Of a stretch of 39,775 nt of DNA, positions 28,665 to 37,647 are shown in pieces. The position numbers and the translations under genes are program-made. The number at the start of each line of letters is the position of its first letter. The stretch's first letter is position 1. The notes under the pieces were generated by a model. It was not told the DNA's origin, made no database searches, and saw only the letters and a program-made list of their open reading frames with translations. The stretch is from sequence record SRR31156797_36528, one strand, 5' to 3'.

Positions 28665-30179
28665 ATGCAGGGTGTAACGGTAATGGTTTTCCGGGTAAAA
28701 GTTCTCATTTCACTGTTTATGGTTTTTCTAAGTCTAGCCTTTTCAACAGGCTGTGCACCGGTGGGTCCCAACTACCAAAAACCCGAAATCGAGACCCCGG
28801 ATGTATGGCACGAAACCATAAGTCGGGAAATGGCGAAGCAGTCCGGCGCCACCCTTCAAACATGGTGGAAGATTTTTGACGACCCGATTCTGAACGACCT
28901 GATTGAGCAGGCCCGACAATCGAATTTGAACTTGAAAATAGCCCTGTCCGGCATTGCCGCATCCAGGGCGCGTTTGGGCATGGCTTCCGGTCAGGAGCTG
29001 CCCAACGCCAACGCCCTTGGATCGTTTACCCGATTCAAGCACAGCGACCACGGCCCACTCAAACAATTGGTGCCTCCGGATGGATTTGACGCTCAGAATA
29101 TGTTCATGGTCGGGGTGGATGCTTTATGGGAGATCGATGTGTTTGGCCGAATAAGGCGCCAGATCGAAGCGGCGGGCGCCCAGTACGAAGCGTCCATTGA
29201 GGATTACCGGGACGTTCTGGTCACCCTGTTTGCCGAAGTGGCCCTGGCCTATGTTGAAATTCGTTCCTATCAGCGCCGAATAGAGTGCGCCGAAGCCAAT
29301 GCCGCTACCCAGCGCAAAATGCTGGAATTGACCCGTGCACGGTATGACAGCGGCATCAGCTCCAAACTGGACATGGCCCAGGCCCTGAGTAACCTGGCCA
29401 ACACGAAAGCCGCCATTCCGCCCTTTCGCATCCGGCTGAATTCAACCATCAACCGGCTCGCGGTCCTGTTGAATGTGAATTCCGAAACCCTGGAGGCGAA
29501 ACTGGCGGGACCCAAGCCCATTCCTCTGGCCCGGGAGAATATCGGCATCGGTGTCCCCGCGGACCTTTTGCGTCAAAGGCCGGACATTCGCATGGCGGAA
29601 AAACAGCTCGCGGCTCAGACGGCGTTGATCGGTGCCGCCACCGCGGACCTTTATCCCAGATTTGCCATTTCCGGATTTTTCGGGCTTGAAACCGGTTCCT
29701 TCTCGGACGCGGGCAGCGGATCAAGCCTGGCCTGGGGCGCCAAATTACCCATAAAATGGAATTTTTTCAGTGGCGGCAAAACCCGCAGCAACATCGCTTT
29801 TCATGAGGAAATTGCAAACCAGGATCTTTTCAAATACAAAGATACGGTTCAGAGGGCCATAGAAGAAGTCAAAACCGCCATTGTGGCGCATAGCCAGGAA
29901 AAAATCCGGCGCAACTGGTTGTTGGCTGCGGTTGCGGCAACACGGGAGGCCGTGGATCTGGTCATTGTCCAGTACGAGACAGGATTAACGGATTTCAACA
30001 ACGTATTGGATACCCAGAGAACCCTGTTTGATCAGCAGGACAAACTTGTGGCCAGCCAGGCCAATGTGGTGCTTGACCTGGTTCGGATCTATAAAGCGCT
30101 TGGGGGCGGGTGGTTCATGGAAGAGAAGACTGAAGCGCCCCCTACCGGGGTGAAGAATTTGTTGACAAACGCCCCATAA
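28665..30179 (+). CDS. NodT/OprM-family outer membrane efflux lipoprotein
   Basis: Lipobox STGC followed by VGPNY, WEIDVFGR, LLRQRPDIR, YKALGGGW. Confidence 0.92.
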   Translation: MQGVTVMVFRVKVLISLFMVFLSLAFSTGCAPVGPNYQKPEIETPDVWHETISREMAKQSGATLQTWWKIFDDPILNDLIEQARQSNLNLKIALSGIAASRARLGMASGQELPNANALGSFTRFKHSDHGPLKQLVPPDGFDAQNMFMVGVDALWEIDVFGRIRRQIEAAGAQYEASIEDYRDVLVTLFAEVALAYVEIRSYQRRIECAEANAATQRKMLELTRARYDSGISSKLDMAQALSNLANTKAAIPPFRIRLNSTINRLAVLLNVNSETLEAKLAGPKPIPLARENIGIGVPADLLRQRPDIRMAEKQLAAQTALIGAATADLYPRFAISGFFGLETGSFSDAGSGSSLAWGAKLPIKWNFFSGGKTRSNIAFHEEIANQDLFKYKDTVQRAIEEVKTAIVAHSQEKIRRNWLLAAVAATREAVDLVIVQYETGLTDFNNVLDTQRTLFDQQDKLVASQANVVLDLVRIYKALGGGWFMEEKTEAPPTGVKNLLTNAP

Positions 30180-31002
30180 AAAAGGCCACCACCAGCGTTC
30201 CCAAAACGGTGACCAGGGAGTATGCGAATACCGCTGCAGGGACTACGGTTCCGGGGAAATTGGTCGATGCCACCACCAGGGCCGCCGGAGCATTCCGTAC
30301 GGTGGTATTTAAAGCCAGTGCCTTTTTTTCGCCCTGATGACGCCCCCCCATGATCCATCCGATGATGAGACAGCCCATGAAAAGAACAATGCTCCCCACC
30401 GCGGCCTTCCATCCAAAGAGTTCAAGTGTTTGATAATTGTTCATGATAATAAGGGAACAGGCCCCCAGAAGGAGCAGGTTGTTCAGGTAACGGAAGCATT
30501 TCGTAATTTTTTGAACAACAGCGGGTTGCCAATGGTTGAGGGCGAGACCGGCTGAAAGGGGCAGGAGTTGCCCCAGCATGACGACCTTCATGATTTTCAG
30601 ATAACTCACCTCAAGGGGTGTTTCTTCCGCAAATCCTGTCAGCAGGAGTTTCAGTACCACCGGAGATAAGATGGTGGAAAGGGCCGCCAGGAGGATCATG
30701 AGCCCGATGGAAAGGGGAACGTCTCCTTTGGCCAGGGCCGTGAAAGGCGGTCCCATGGGGGCCCCTGAAAAAACCACCCCCGTAAGGAAACCCGCCGCCA
30801 CCAGCGGATTCGGCTTGAACAGAAGCAGCAGCAAAAAGGCCACAACCGGTACCAACAGCAAATTTGTGGCCAAACCTTTCCAGACGATGACCCCTTTCTT
30901 CAGTGAAGCCGTCAATTGCGGCATGGTCACGGAGGATCCCATGTGAAACATGAGACAGAGAAGCCAAAGAAACGTAACGATATTGGTGGTCTTGTTTAGC
31001 AA
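30142..31002 (-). CDS. Bile acid:sodium symporter (BASS) family transporter
   Basis: Hydrophobic throughout; NLLLVP, GAPMGP, KGDVPLS, TVRNAPAAL; TTG start 3 nt after the upstream stop. Confidence 0.82.
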   Translation of the reverse strand: MLNKTTNIVTFLWLLCLMFHMGSSVTMPQLTASLKKGVIVWKGLATNLLLVPVVAFLLLLLFKPNPLVAAGFLTGVVFSGAPMGPPFTALAKGDVPLSIGLMILLAALSTILSPVVLKLLLTGFAEETPLEVSYLKIMKVVMLGQLLPLSAGLALNHWQPAVVQKITKCFRYLNNLLLLGACSLIIMNNYQTLELFGWKAAVGSIVLFMGCLIIGWIMGGRHQGEKKALALNTTVRNAPAALVVASTNFPGTVVPAAVFAYSLVTVLGTLVVAFFMGRLSTNSSPR

Positions 31003-31005
31003 AAT

Positions 31006-31974
31006 TTAAGCAGCCGTTAATGCCTTCTTCAAGCGGTCCTCTACCTTCTTGATTTCCAGAACGGTGAGATCGGCTTCTTTCCGGATCTGTTCCACTTCTT
31101 CGGTGGAATATTTGTAAAATCCTTTGCCGGTTTTCATTCCAAACTCCCCTTTCGCCACCATTTCTTCCAGAATTTCGGGCGGCTTGAATCCGGCATCATT
31201 GGTTTTTTCATGGACGTATTTAAATAAGTTCAGACAGGTATCCAGACCCGCATAGTCGGCCATTCGAATGGGGCCGATACTGGCTAGGCGCAGGGCAAAG
31301 CCGTTCTGGATAACCGTGTCCACGTCTTTTGCCGAACAGACGCCGTTTTCCACCAGGGTCAAGGCGGCCCGGAACATGGCGGCCTGTATATAGTTGTGAA
31401 CAAAGCCTGGATTTTCCTTGCACACCACGGGCCGCCTTCCGATACCGGATAGAAAAGAGCAAGTCAGGGACGTTGTTGAGGCGGCCGTGTTTTTACCGGG
31501 TACCACTTCCACCACCGGCATGAGATGGGCCGGAATAAACCAGTGGGCCACCACGGCCCTTTCAGGAAATCTCATTTCGGAAGCAATCTCGTCAATACTC
31601 ATGGAACTGGTGTTGGAAGTTACGACAACTTCTTTGCCGCAAAGTTCACCGCACCGCCTGAAAACGTCCTTCTTTATATCCAGGTTTTCGGGGACCGCCT
31701 CGGTAACATAATGGGCCGGCGCCAAGGCCTCTTCCCAATCCAAGGTGAAATGAATACGGGCGGTCACATCATCTGCCTTTTCCGGGTCAAGTAACCCCTG
31801 TTGCAAACCGAGACGGATATTGGCTTCAAGCCGTTTCTGAGCTCTATCCAGGCTTGCCTGCTGAGTATCCAGTGCTGCAACCCCGTAACCTCTGAATGCG
31901 CATGTCAGGGCAATATCCGGCCCCATGATGCCCATTCCCACCACCGCTACCCGTTTAATCTCTTCAACCTGCAT
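31006..31974 (-). CDS. 3-hydroxyacyl-CoA dehydrogenase family protein
   Basis: GMGIMG Rossmann motif, EAVPENLDIK, SNTSS, HWFIP, GMKTGKGFY. Confidence 0.88.
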   Translation of the reverse strand: MQVEEIKRVAVVGMGIMGPDIALTCAFRGYGVAALDTQQASLDRAQKRLEANIRLGLQQGLLDPEKADDVTARIHFTLDWEEALAPAHYVTEAVPENLDIKKDVFRRCGELCGKEVVVTSNTSSMSIDEIASEMRFPERAVVAHWFIPAHLMPVVEVVPGKNTAASTTSLTCSFLSGIGRRPVVCKENPGFVHNYIQAAMFRAALTLVENGVCSAKDVDTVIQNGFALRLASIGPIRMADYAGLDTCLNLFKYVHEKTNDAGFKPPEILEEMVAKGEFGMKTGKGFYKYSTEEVEQIRKEADLTVLEIKKVEDRLKKALTAA

Positions 31975-31988
31975 GGCGATTCCCTCCT

Positions 31989-32927
31989 CTATTGTTCCTT
32001 GTCCCGCTTTATAAAAGCACCATTCACAATGCCCTGAAGTCTCTCCATGGTCTCTTTTGCAGGCGGCTTGAAATCCCTCAGTTGATAGATTTCCCCTAAG
32101 AATCCGTACTTGTTCTCCCCAAACCGGTGGTAAGGCAACAGTTCTAAGCCTGCGACGTTTTCATAGGGAAGAATAAAGGCCAACACCGCCTGCACATGCG
32201 CCTCCGTATCGTTGACGCCTGGAACGATGGGGCTCCGGGCCAGGAAACGCTTGTCCTTAAAGGTTTCATAGGCCTGTTTCAGGTTCGCGAGAATCCGGCT
32301 GTTGTCCACCCCCGTCCATTTTCTGTGCCGCATGTGATCCATGATCTTAAGGTCATGAAAGATGGTGTCCACATGGGGTAGGACCATTTCCATGGCCTCC
32401 CAGGGCACATTTGCTGCCGTCTCAATGGCGGTGTTGAGCCCTCGGCTGTGGGCTTCCTGAAGAAGGGCCGCCGAAAACCGGGGCTGACACAGGCAATCCC
32501 CGCCGCTAAGGGATATGCCGCCTCCGCTTTCCCGATAGAAAGCACCGTCCTGTTCCACCTCTTCCAGGACCTGGTCCACGGTCATCTCTTTTCCGAAAAG
32601 GTAGAGGGCCATGGAAGGACAGACATTCACACAGCGGCCGCAGTTGCAGCAGAGGTCCCAGTTAACATGCATCTTGTCGCCGGATCCAATGGTGAAGAGG
32701 GCTGACTCAGGACAGGTCTCCATGCAGGCGCCGCAGGCTTTTTCCCCGATGCATTTGTTGGGATTAAAGGCCATTTCCGGTTTGGGGTGGATGCTCTCCG
32801 GATTGCAGCACCATTTGCAGCGAAGAGAACAGCCTTTCAGGAAAACCGTGGTGCGAATGCCGGGTCCATCGTGGAGACTGAAATGTTGAATGTTTAGAAC
32901 CATGCCTGTTGGACGGTTTGCATCCAT
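31989..32927 (-). CDS. Glycyl-radical enzyme activating enzyme with ferredoxin insert
   Basis: HDGPGIRTTVFLKGCSLRCKWCCNPES, two CxxCxxC..CP-type clusters, LLPYH. Confidence 0.95.
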   Translation of the reverse strand: MDANRPTGMVLNIQHFSLHDGPGIRTTVFLKGCSLRCKWCCNPESIHPKPEMAFNPNKCIGEKACGACMETCPESALFTIGSGDKMHVNWDLCCNCGRCVNVCPSMALYLFGKEMTVDQVLEEVEQDGAFYRESGGGISLSGGDCLCQPRFSAALLQEAHSRGLNTAIETAANVPWEAMEMVLPHVDTIFHDLKIMDHMRHRKWTGVDNSRILANLKQAYETFKDKRFLARSPIVPGVNDTEAHVQAVLAFILPYENVAGLELLPYHRFGENKYGFLGEIYQLRDFKPPAKETMERLQGIVNGAFIKRDKEQ

Positions 32928-32954
32928 GAAGCCATGTCCTTCCTTGGTTGAGGC

Positions 32955-34061
32955 CTAATCCCCCAGGGATATCCCCAATGAGCGGGCCACCTGGACGAAT
33001 TCGCTGCCCAGGGGAACCGTCCTGAACCGGTTGACCGCATCGGCCAATGGTATGAATGTCAGGTCAGGGGGTTGGAAAGCCGTCATGACGCCGGTTCGAC
33101 CTTCTTGAAGGGCGCGAACCGCAGCGGCCCCGTAACCCACCCCCAGTTGGCGATCCACGGCCGTGGGGCTTCCGCCCCGAATCAGTTGGCCCGGAAACAG
33201 GGGAAAGGTCTCCTGAATCAACCGCCTTTGCAATTCAAGGGCTACGTTTTCGGCCACAAGCCCTGAACGATTCACCACGTGCGCTCCCTCATTCAACAGT
33301 TGGGGTTCATTGTCTGCGGGAGAGGCCCCTTCAGCCACCACCACCAATGATATGGGTCGACCCCGGTCAATTTTTTCATGAAGACACGTCGCCACGGAAC
33401 TCATATGATAAGGGATTTCCGGAATCAGGATGGCATCGGCGGGCAGGGCGATGCCACCTTGAAGGGCCAACCAGCCAGCGTGGGCGCCCAGAACTTCCAC
33501 CACGGCGATTCGGCCAAGGGTCTCCGCCGCGGTTCGAGCGCGATCAAGGGTTTCCACCACATAGGCAAGAGCGCTGTTGAAGCCGAAGGAGAGGGTGGTT
33601 CCCGCCACATCATTTTCAACCGCTTTGGGAATACACACCAGGGGAAGCCCTTTTCTGGCCAGCTTCCAGGCCATGCTCAGTTCGTTGGGGTCGACGATGG
33701 AAATGACGCCGTCAATCTCTTCCGCTTCTATCTTTCGAAGCAGTGCATCGCTAAGATCTTTTTCCTCAATTTGATGGTCCCCCTTCACCACCCGGACCCG
33801 GAAGGGATTCATGGGGCGTGTGGTGCCCAGGATACCGCCCGAAAGGGCGGACGTGTTCTCAACCTTTTCGAGGGAAAGCGGAACGATACCGCCCGCTTCA
33901 TACCGGTCTGTAAAAAGCAACCCGTCAAACCCGTCGCGAATGCCCACCACCTCCCAATCCAGTTCAAAGGCGGCACGCACCACTCCTCCAAACACTGCGG
34001 TCAGGCCCGGCACATACCCTTCTCCCACATTTACGGCAATGCGCCTTTTTCCGGAACCCAT
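32955..34061 (-). CDS. PfkA-fold protein with degenerate catalytic motifs
   Basis: PFK scaffold (GIRDGFDGL, GGILGT, FGFNSA, LIPEIP, VVAEGA, RGGSPTAVDR), but GGD, TIDND and MGR motifs are altered. Confidence 0.85.
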   Translation of the reverse strand: MGSGKRRIAVNVGEGYVPGLTAVFGGVVRAAFELDWEVVGIRDGFDGLLFTDRYEAGGIVPLSLEKVENTSALSGGILGTTRPMNPFRVRVVKGDHQIEEKDLSDALLRKIEAEEIDGVISIVDPNELSMAWKLARKGLPLVCIPKAVENDVAGTTLSFGFNSALAYVVETLDRARTAAETLGRIAVVEVLGAHAGWLALQGGIALPADAILIPEIPYHMSSVATCLHEKIDRGRPISLVVVAEGASPADNEPQLLNEGAHVVNRSGLVAENVALELQRRLIQETFPLFPGQLIRGGSPTAVDRQLGVGYGAAAVRALQEGRTGVMTAFQPPDLTFIPLADAVNRFRTVPLGSEFVQVARSLGISLGD

Positions 34062-34102
34062 ATCCTGTTCTCCTCTCCCTACAGGTTAAAGCGTCAATTC
34101 CC

Positions 34103-36631
34103 TCACATGGTATATTCCGTGCGGGCTATGATTTCATCCTGGGTGGCCCTGTCCAGCTCTGAAAAAAAGGCAGAGTATCCGGCCACTCGTACAATGAGGT
34201 TCCGGTATTTTTCCGGATCTTCCTGTGCCGCCCGCATGGTCTCGGCTGAAATACAGTTCATCTGAATATGCCAGATTTTGAGATTGTACCACCCGCGGAT
34301 GAGGGAAACCAGTTTTTGGGTGCCCGCATCCCCCTGCAGGGGGCCGGGGGAGAGCTTGATGTTCAGAAGCGGCGAACACCAGTGTTTGGAATCCCGCGGG
34401 GCAAATTTGCTCACGGAATTAAGGAGCGCCGTGGGCCCCATGGTGTCATGGCCCTGTTGAGGGCCGGCCCCCTCGGACAGGGGTTCTCCAGCCTTCCGCC
34501 CATTGGCGGTAGCACCGGTAGCTTGCCCTAAAACGATGTGGGTGGTGACCGGAAGCACCCGGAGTTCCCAGTTTCGGCCCACCACATGGTTGGGATTATG
34601 GAGCTTTCCGATCTCCTCGACCATGAACCGGTTGATCCGGACCATCATGTGGTCCGCCTCGGAATCGTTGTTTCCCCATTTGGGAGCGCTGATGCAGAAT
34701 TGGCGGATCCGCTCCTTTTCTTCCCAGTTCGTATCAAGGGCCTCCAGAAGTTCAGTCATGGTAAACCGTTTCTCATCAAAGACCCTTTTTTTGATGGCCA
34801 CAAGGGAATCACACAAGGTGCCTGTCCCGATCATGTCGATATTCACCAGGCTCACAAAATCCCCGCCTTCAAATCCCACACCGCTTGTCATGGCGTCTTT
34901 CATCTCCCGCATGAACGGCTCATTGATGATACTACTCAAGGGGGACGCGATGTGCCGGGACCGGTAGCCCTCATAAAGTATATTGCGATCAAAGACCATT
35001 TTCAGGTGATAACGCATCTGTCGCGCCCAGGCTTCCCAGAGATCCTCAAAGCATTCAAATTGTCTCGGGTCCCCCGTTTTGAGACCGACGCAGTCACCGG
35101 TTCCTCGAATCCTGCCGTCATTCAAGGCCATCTCCAGGGAAATGACCTGGTTGTTGTAGGCACTGCCGCAGTTGTAGACCTCCGCCTTGATTTGCCGGCA
35201 CTCCATACAGCCGTTGACGGTCCAGTCGTTGGCCAGGTGGAGGGGGACCCCCTTGGCCAGGTACATGGGGATGACAATGTCGTCGTTTAAGAGTTTGGGA
35301 TATCCCTGGCCCTCCTTGACGGTTTCAGCAATTTCATAATAAAGTCTGTCCGGCGTATTGGAGTGGATTCTCACCGCCAAGTCCGGCATGGTGAGGGCCA
35401 CCCCCCGTTTGGATCTCAAAAACAGATAGGTCAGTTCATTGGTGGCATCCCGGCCGTCAGGGGTCTGTCCTCCCAGGGTGACACATTCGAAATGGGCGAA
35501 CCCGGACGTGGACCCGGCAATATGGCCCGCCAGGGGCATAAAAATATATTGGTACATTTTGAGGTTGAGCATGCGGATCAGGCCCAGAACATCCTCGTCC
35601 GTGATGCGGCCCGCCTTCCTGTCCGCTTTGTAGAAGGGATACAGATACTGATCCATACGGCCGTTCCCCACATTTCCGCCGATATTGAGCTCAATGCGGG
35701 TCCAGACCTGCAGCCACCATTGGCATTGAAGAGCCTCCCGAAAGGTGCGGGCCGGGTGTTCCGGCACGCGACGGCAGACATCGGCTATTTCGGTCCATTT
35801 GGCTCTGTCTTCAGGTCCTTGGGCCCGGGCCGCCAGCTTCTCGGCCTCATCCGCATACCGGTTCGCCCAGATGACGACCGCTTCGCATGTAAGCAGCCCG
35901 GCCTTGATAAAGGTTTCCTTTTCATCATGGCGCGGGTCCGTGGACATGAGGGCGGCACGCATCCCTTCCAGCTCCTTTCGAATACCCGCAAACCCTTTTT
36001 TGAGCACCCGTTCGTAGTCCAGGGTCCAGTTCTGGCTGGACCTGCCGGTACCGGTTTCCACGTACACCCCGGTCGGTTTTGCGTCTTCGGTCCATCCAAA
36101 AGCATACGCCGCGGGGGCATTTGCCCGCAGCAGGCCCATGAAGTTCACATCCAGGGCATGTTCCCGCCAATAGGGGATGATTTCCTCCTCCACGACCGGC
36201 CAGTCGGAAGGGTCAATAAAGGGCTCGGAGGGGGCGGGATTCTCTTTGACCATGCCTTTCAGGGATGCATATCCCCCGCCGTCACATTCGGCAAAGGGCA
36301 CCACATAGCGACCTACCCAGGGAGCGGGCGACCCCACAATTTCTTCATCAGGATGGATGAAAATGGGAATGCGCTCCGCAAAAACCTTTAAAAATTGCGC
36401 ATGGCGCAAGTTGATGGACTGACCTTCCGTTTCCCGGTACACATCGGTCAGAATCTTAGTCCGTTCCACCAGCAGGCGTATGGGCAGACTTCGAATGCTC
36501 ACCAGTAAACGGTCAAAACCGGGGCTGGTTCTGGTCCAGGTGGCTTTTCCCTGGGCAATGGCCTTTTCCTGGGCGGTGAGTTTCCCTGTGTCCACTGTTA
36601 TTTCCCCCTGTTTTTTGGAGCTGTTAGCCAT
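34103..36631 (-). CDS. Glycyl radical enzyme, IslA/HpsG-like eliminase group, substrate unknown
   Basis: Glycyl motif LIVRVAGYS, Cys loop NGCME, GRMDQYLYP, GGQTPDGRDATN; 842 aa. Confidence 0.92.
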   Translation of the reverse strand: MANSSKKQGEITVDTGKLTAQEKAIAQGKATWTRTSPGFDRLLVSIRSLPIRLLVERTKILTDVYRETEGQSINLRHAQFLKVFAERIPIFIHPDEEIVGSPAPWVGRYVVPFAECDGGGYASLKGMVKENPAPSEPFIDPSDWPVVEEEIIPYWREHALDVNFMGLLRANAPAAYAFGWTEDAKPTGVYVETGTGRSSQNWTLDYERVLKKGFAGIRKELEGMRAALMSTDPRHDEKETFIKAGLLTCEAVVIWANRYADEAEKLAARAQGPEDRAKWTEIADVCRRVPEHPARTFREALQCQWWLQVWTRIELNIGGNVGNGRMDQYLYPFYKADRKAGRITDEDVLGLIRMLNLKMYQYIFMPLAGHIAGSTSGFAHFECVTLGGQTPDGRDATNELTYLFLRSKRGVALTMPDLAVRIHSNTPDRLYYEIAETVKEGQGYPKLLNDDIVIPMYLAKGVPLHLANDWTVNGCMECRQIKAEVYNCGSAYNNQVISLEMALNDGRIRGTGDCVGLKTGDPRQFECFEDLWEAWARQMRYHLKMVFDRNILYEGYRSRHIASPLSSIINEPFMREMKDAMTSGVGFEGGDFVSLVNIDMIGTGTLCDSLVAIKKRVFDEKRFTMTELLEALDTNWEEKERIRQFCISAPKWGNNDSEADHMMVRINRFMVEEIGKLHNPNHVVGRNWELRVLPVTTHIVLGQATGATANGRKAGEPLSEGAGPQQGHDTMGPTALLNSVSKFAPRDSKHWCSPLLNIKLSPGPLQGDAGTQKLVSLIRGWYNLKIWHIQMNCISAETMRAAQEDPEKYRNLIVRVAGYSAFFSELDRATQDEIIARTEYTM

Positions 36632-36648
36632 TTGCTAAAAGCTCGAAA

Positions 36649-37560
36649 CTATCCCTTCAGAAAATCGGGATTGGCAAACTCAGGATCGGGGTAGGTATAA
36701 AAACCTTTTCCGGCCTTAACCCCCAACTCACCCCGGTCCACCATGGCCTTGAGGGCATGGGGCGGACGGTCCCTTTCTTCGCCGGATTCATGATAGTAAC
36801 TCATTTCCACATGATAGGTGACATCCAGCCCGTTAATGTCCATCTGGCCAAAGGGCCCCGCCGCCTGTCCGTAGGCCACCATCCAGGCCCGATCCACATC
36901 CCGGAAATCCACAACCCCCTGGGACCACATGGAAAGGATTTCCCGCTTGACGGCCCGCCATACGCGATTAAAGCAGAATCCGTAGCTTTCTTTTTTAACG
37001 CTCAGTGGAATACAGCCGATGGCCTTGATCCATTGCTGACCGTTTTCCATCACAGAGGGATCCAACCGCGTGCCGCCCATGATATCCACCAGGTTGATGC
37101 CGGTTACCGGCGTGTAGAAATGCAGGTTCAGGCATTTCTCGGGCCGGCTTGTGGCATCTTCAATCCTTGAAATGGGGATGGTGGAACTGTTGCTGGCCAA
37201 AATCGCTTTTTGAGGTGCTAGGGCATCCATCTCCTTAAACACCTTTTTTTTGAGTTCCAGATCCTCGGGCACCGCCTCGATGACCAGATCGGCATTTTTC
37301 AGGGCATCTGCCATGACGGAAGCGGTTTGAACCTTTGAAATGCTGCCGTTCCATAGTTCCATCGGGACCACCGGACCGGTTTTGCGCGTGGCCATGATGG
37401 CTTCGAACTGTCCCACCGACCGCTCGAAGGCCCCTTCCGCATTGTCATAGACCACGACGTTAAAATTAAAACAGGCGGCCTGAACGGCAATCTGCGCGCC
37501 CAGAATACCGGCGCCGATGATGGTGACGTTTTTGATTTCAGATGATTGTGAGGTTTCCAT
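36649..37560 (-). CDS. 3-hydroxyacyl-CoA dehydrogenase family protein
   Basis: GAGILG, EAVPEDLELK, SNSST, HFYTP, LGVKAGKGFY; AAGGAG RBS before the ATG at 37560. Confidence 0.88.
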   Translation of the reverse strand: METSQSSEIKNVTIIGAGILGAQIAVQAACFNFNVVVYDNAEGAFERSVGQFEAIMATRKTGPVVPMELWNGSISKVQTASVMADALKNADLVIEAVPEDLELKKKVFKEMDALAPQKAILASNSSTIPISRIEDATSRPEKCLNLHFYTPVTGINLVDIMGGTRLDPSVMENGQQWIKAIGCIPLSVKKESYGFCFNRVWRAVKREILSMWSQGVVDFRDVDRAWMVAYGQAAGPFGQMDINGLDVTYHVEMSYYHESGEERDRPPHALKAMVDRGELGVKAGKGFYTYPDPEFANPDFLKG

Positions 37561-37590
37561 GCAGGTCTCCTTGCTATTGGACGGTGTGGG

Positions 37591-37616
37591 CGTTCCCACA
37601 CTGGCGTGTGGGAACG
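37591..37616. repeat. Perfect 11-bp inverted repeat, REP-like
   Basis: CGTTCCCACAC-TGGC-GTGTGGGAACG in an intergenic gap of the operon. Confidence 0.65.
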
Positions 37617-37647
37617 AGAAAAGAGTTGAGGGGACCATTCCCCGATC

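Noticed and set aside
34103-36631. Annotation as pyruvate formate-lyase, benzylsuccinate synthase or isethionate lyase
   Set aside because: No CC pair of PFL, no LCMSP-type loop or small subunits of BSS, and pocket residues differ from IslA as I recall them.
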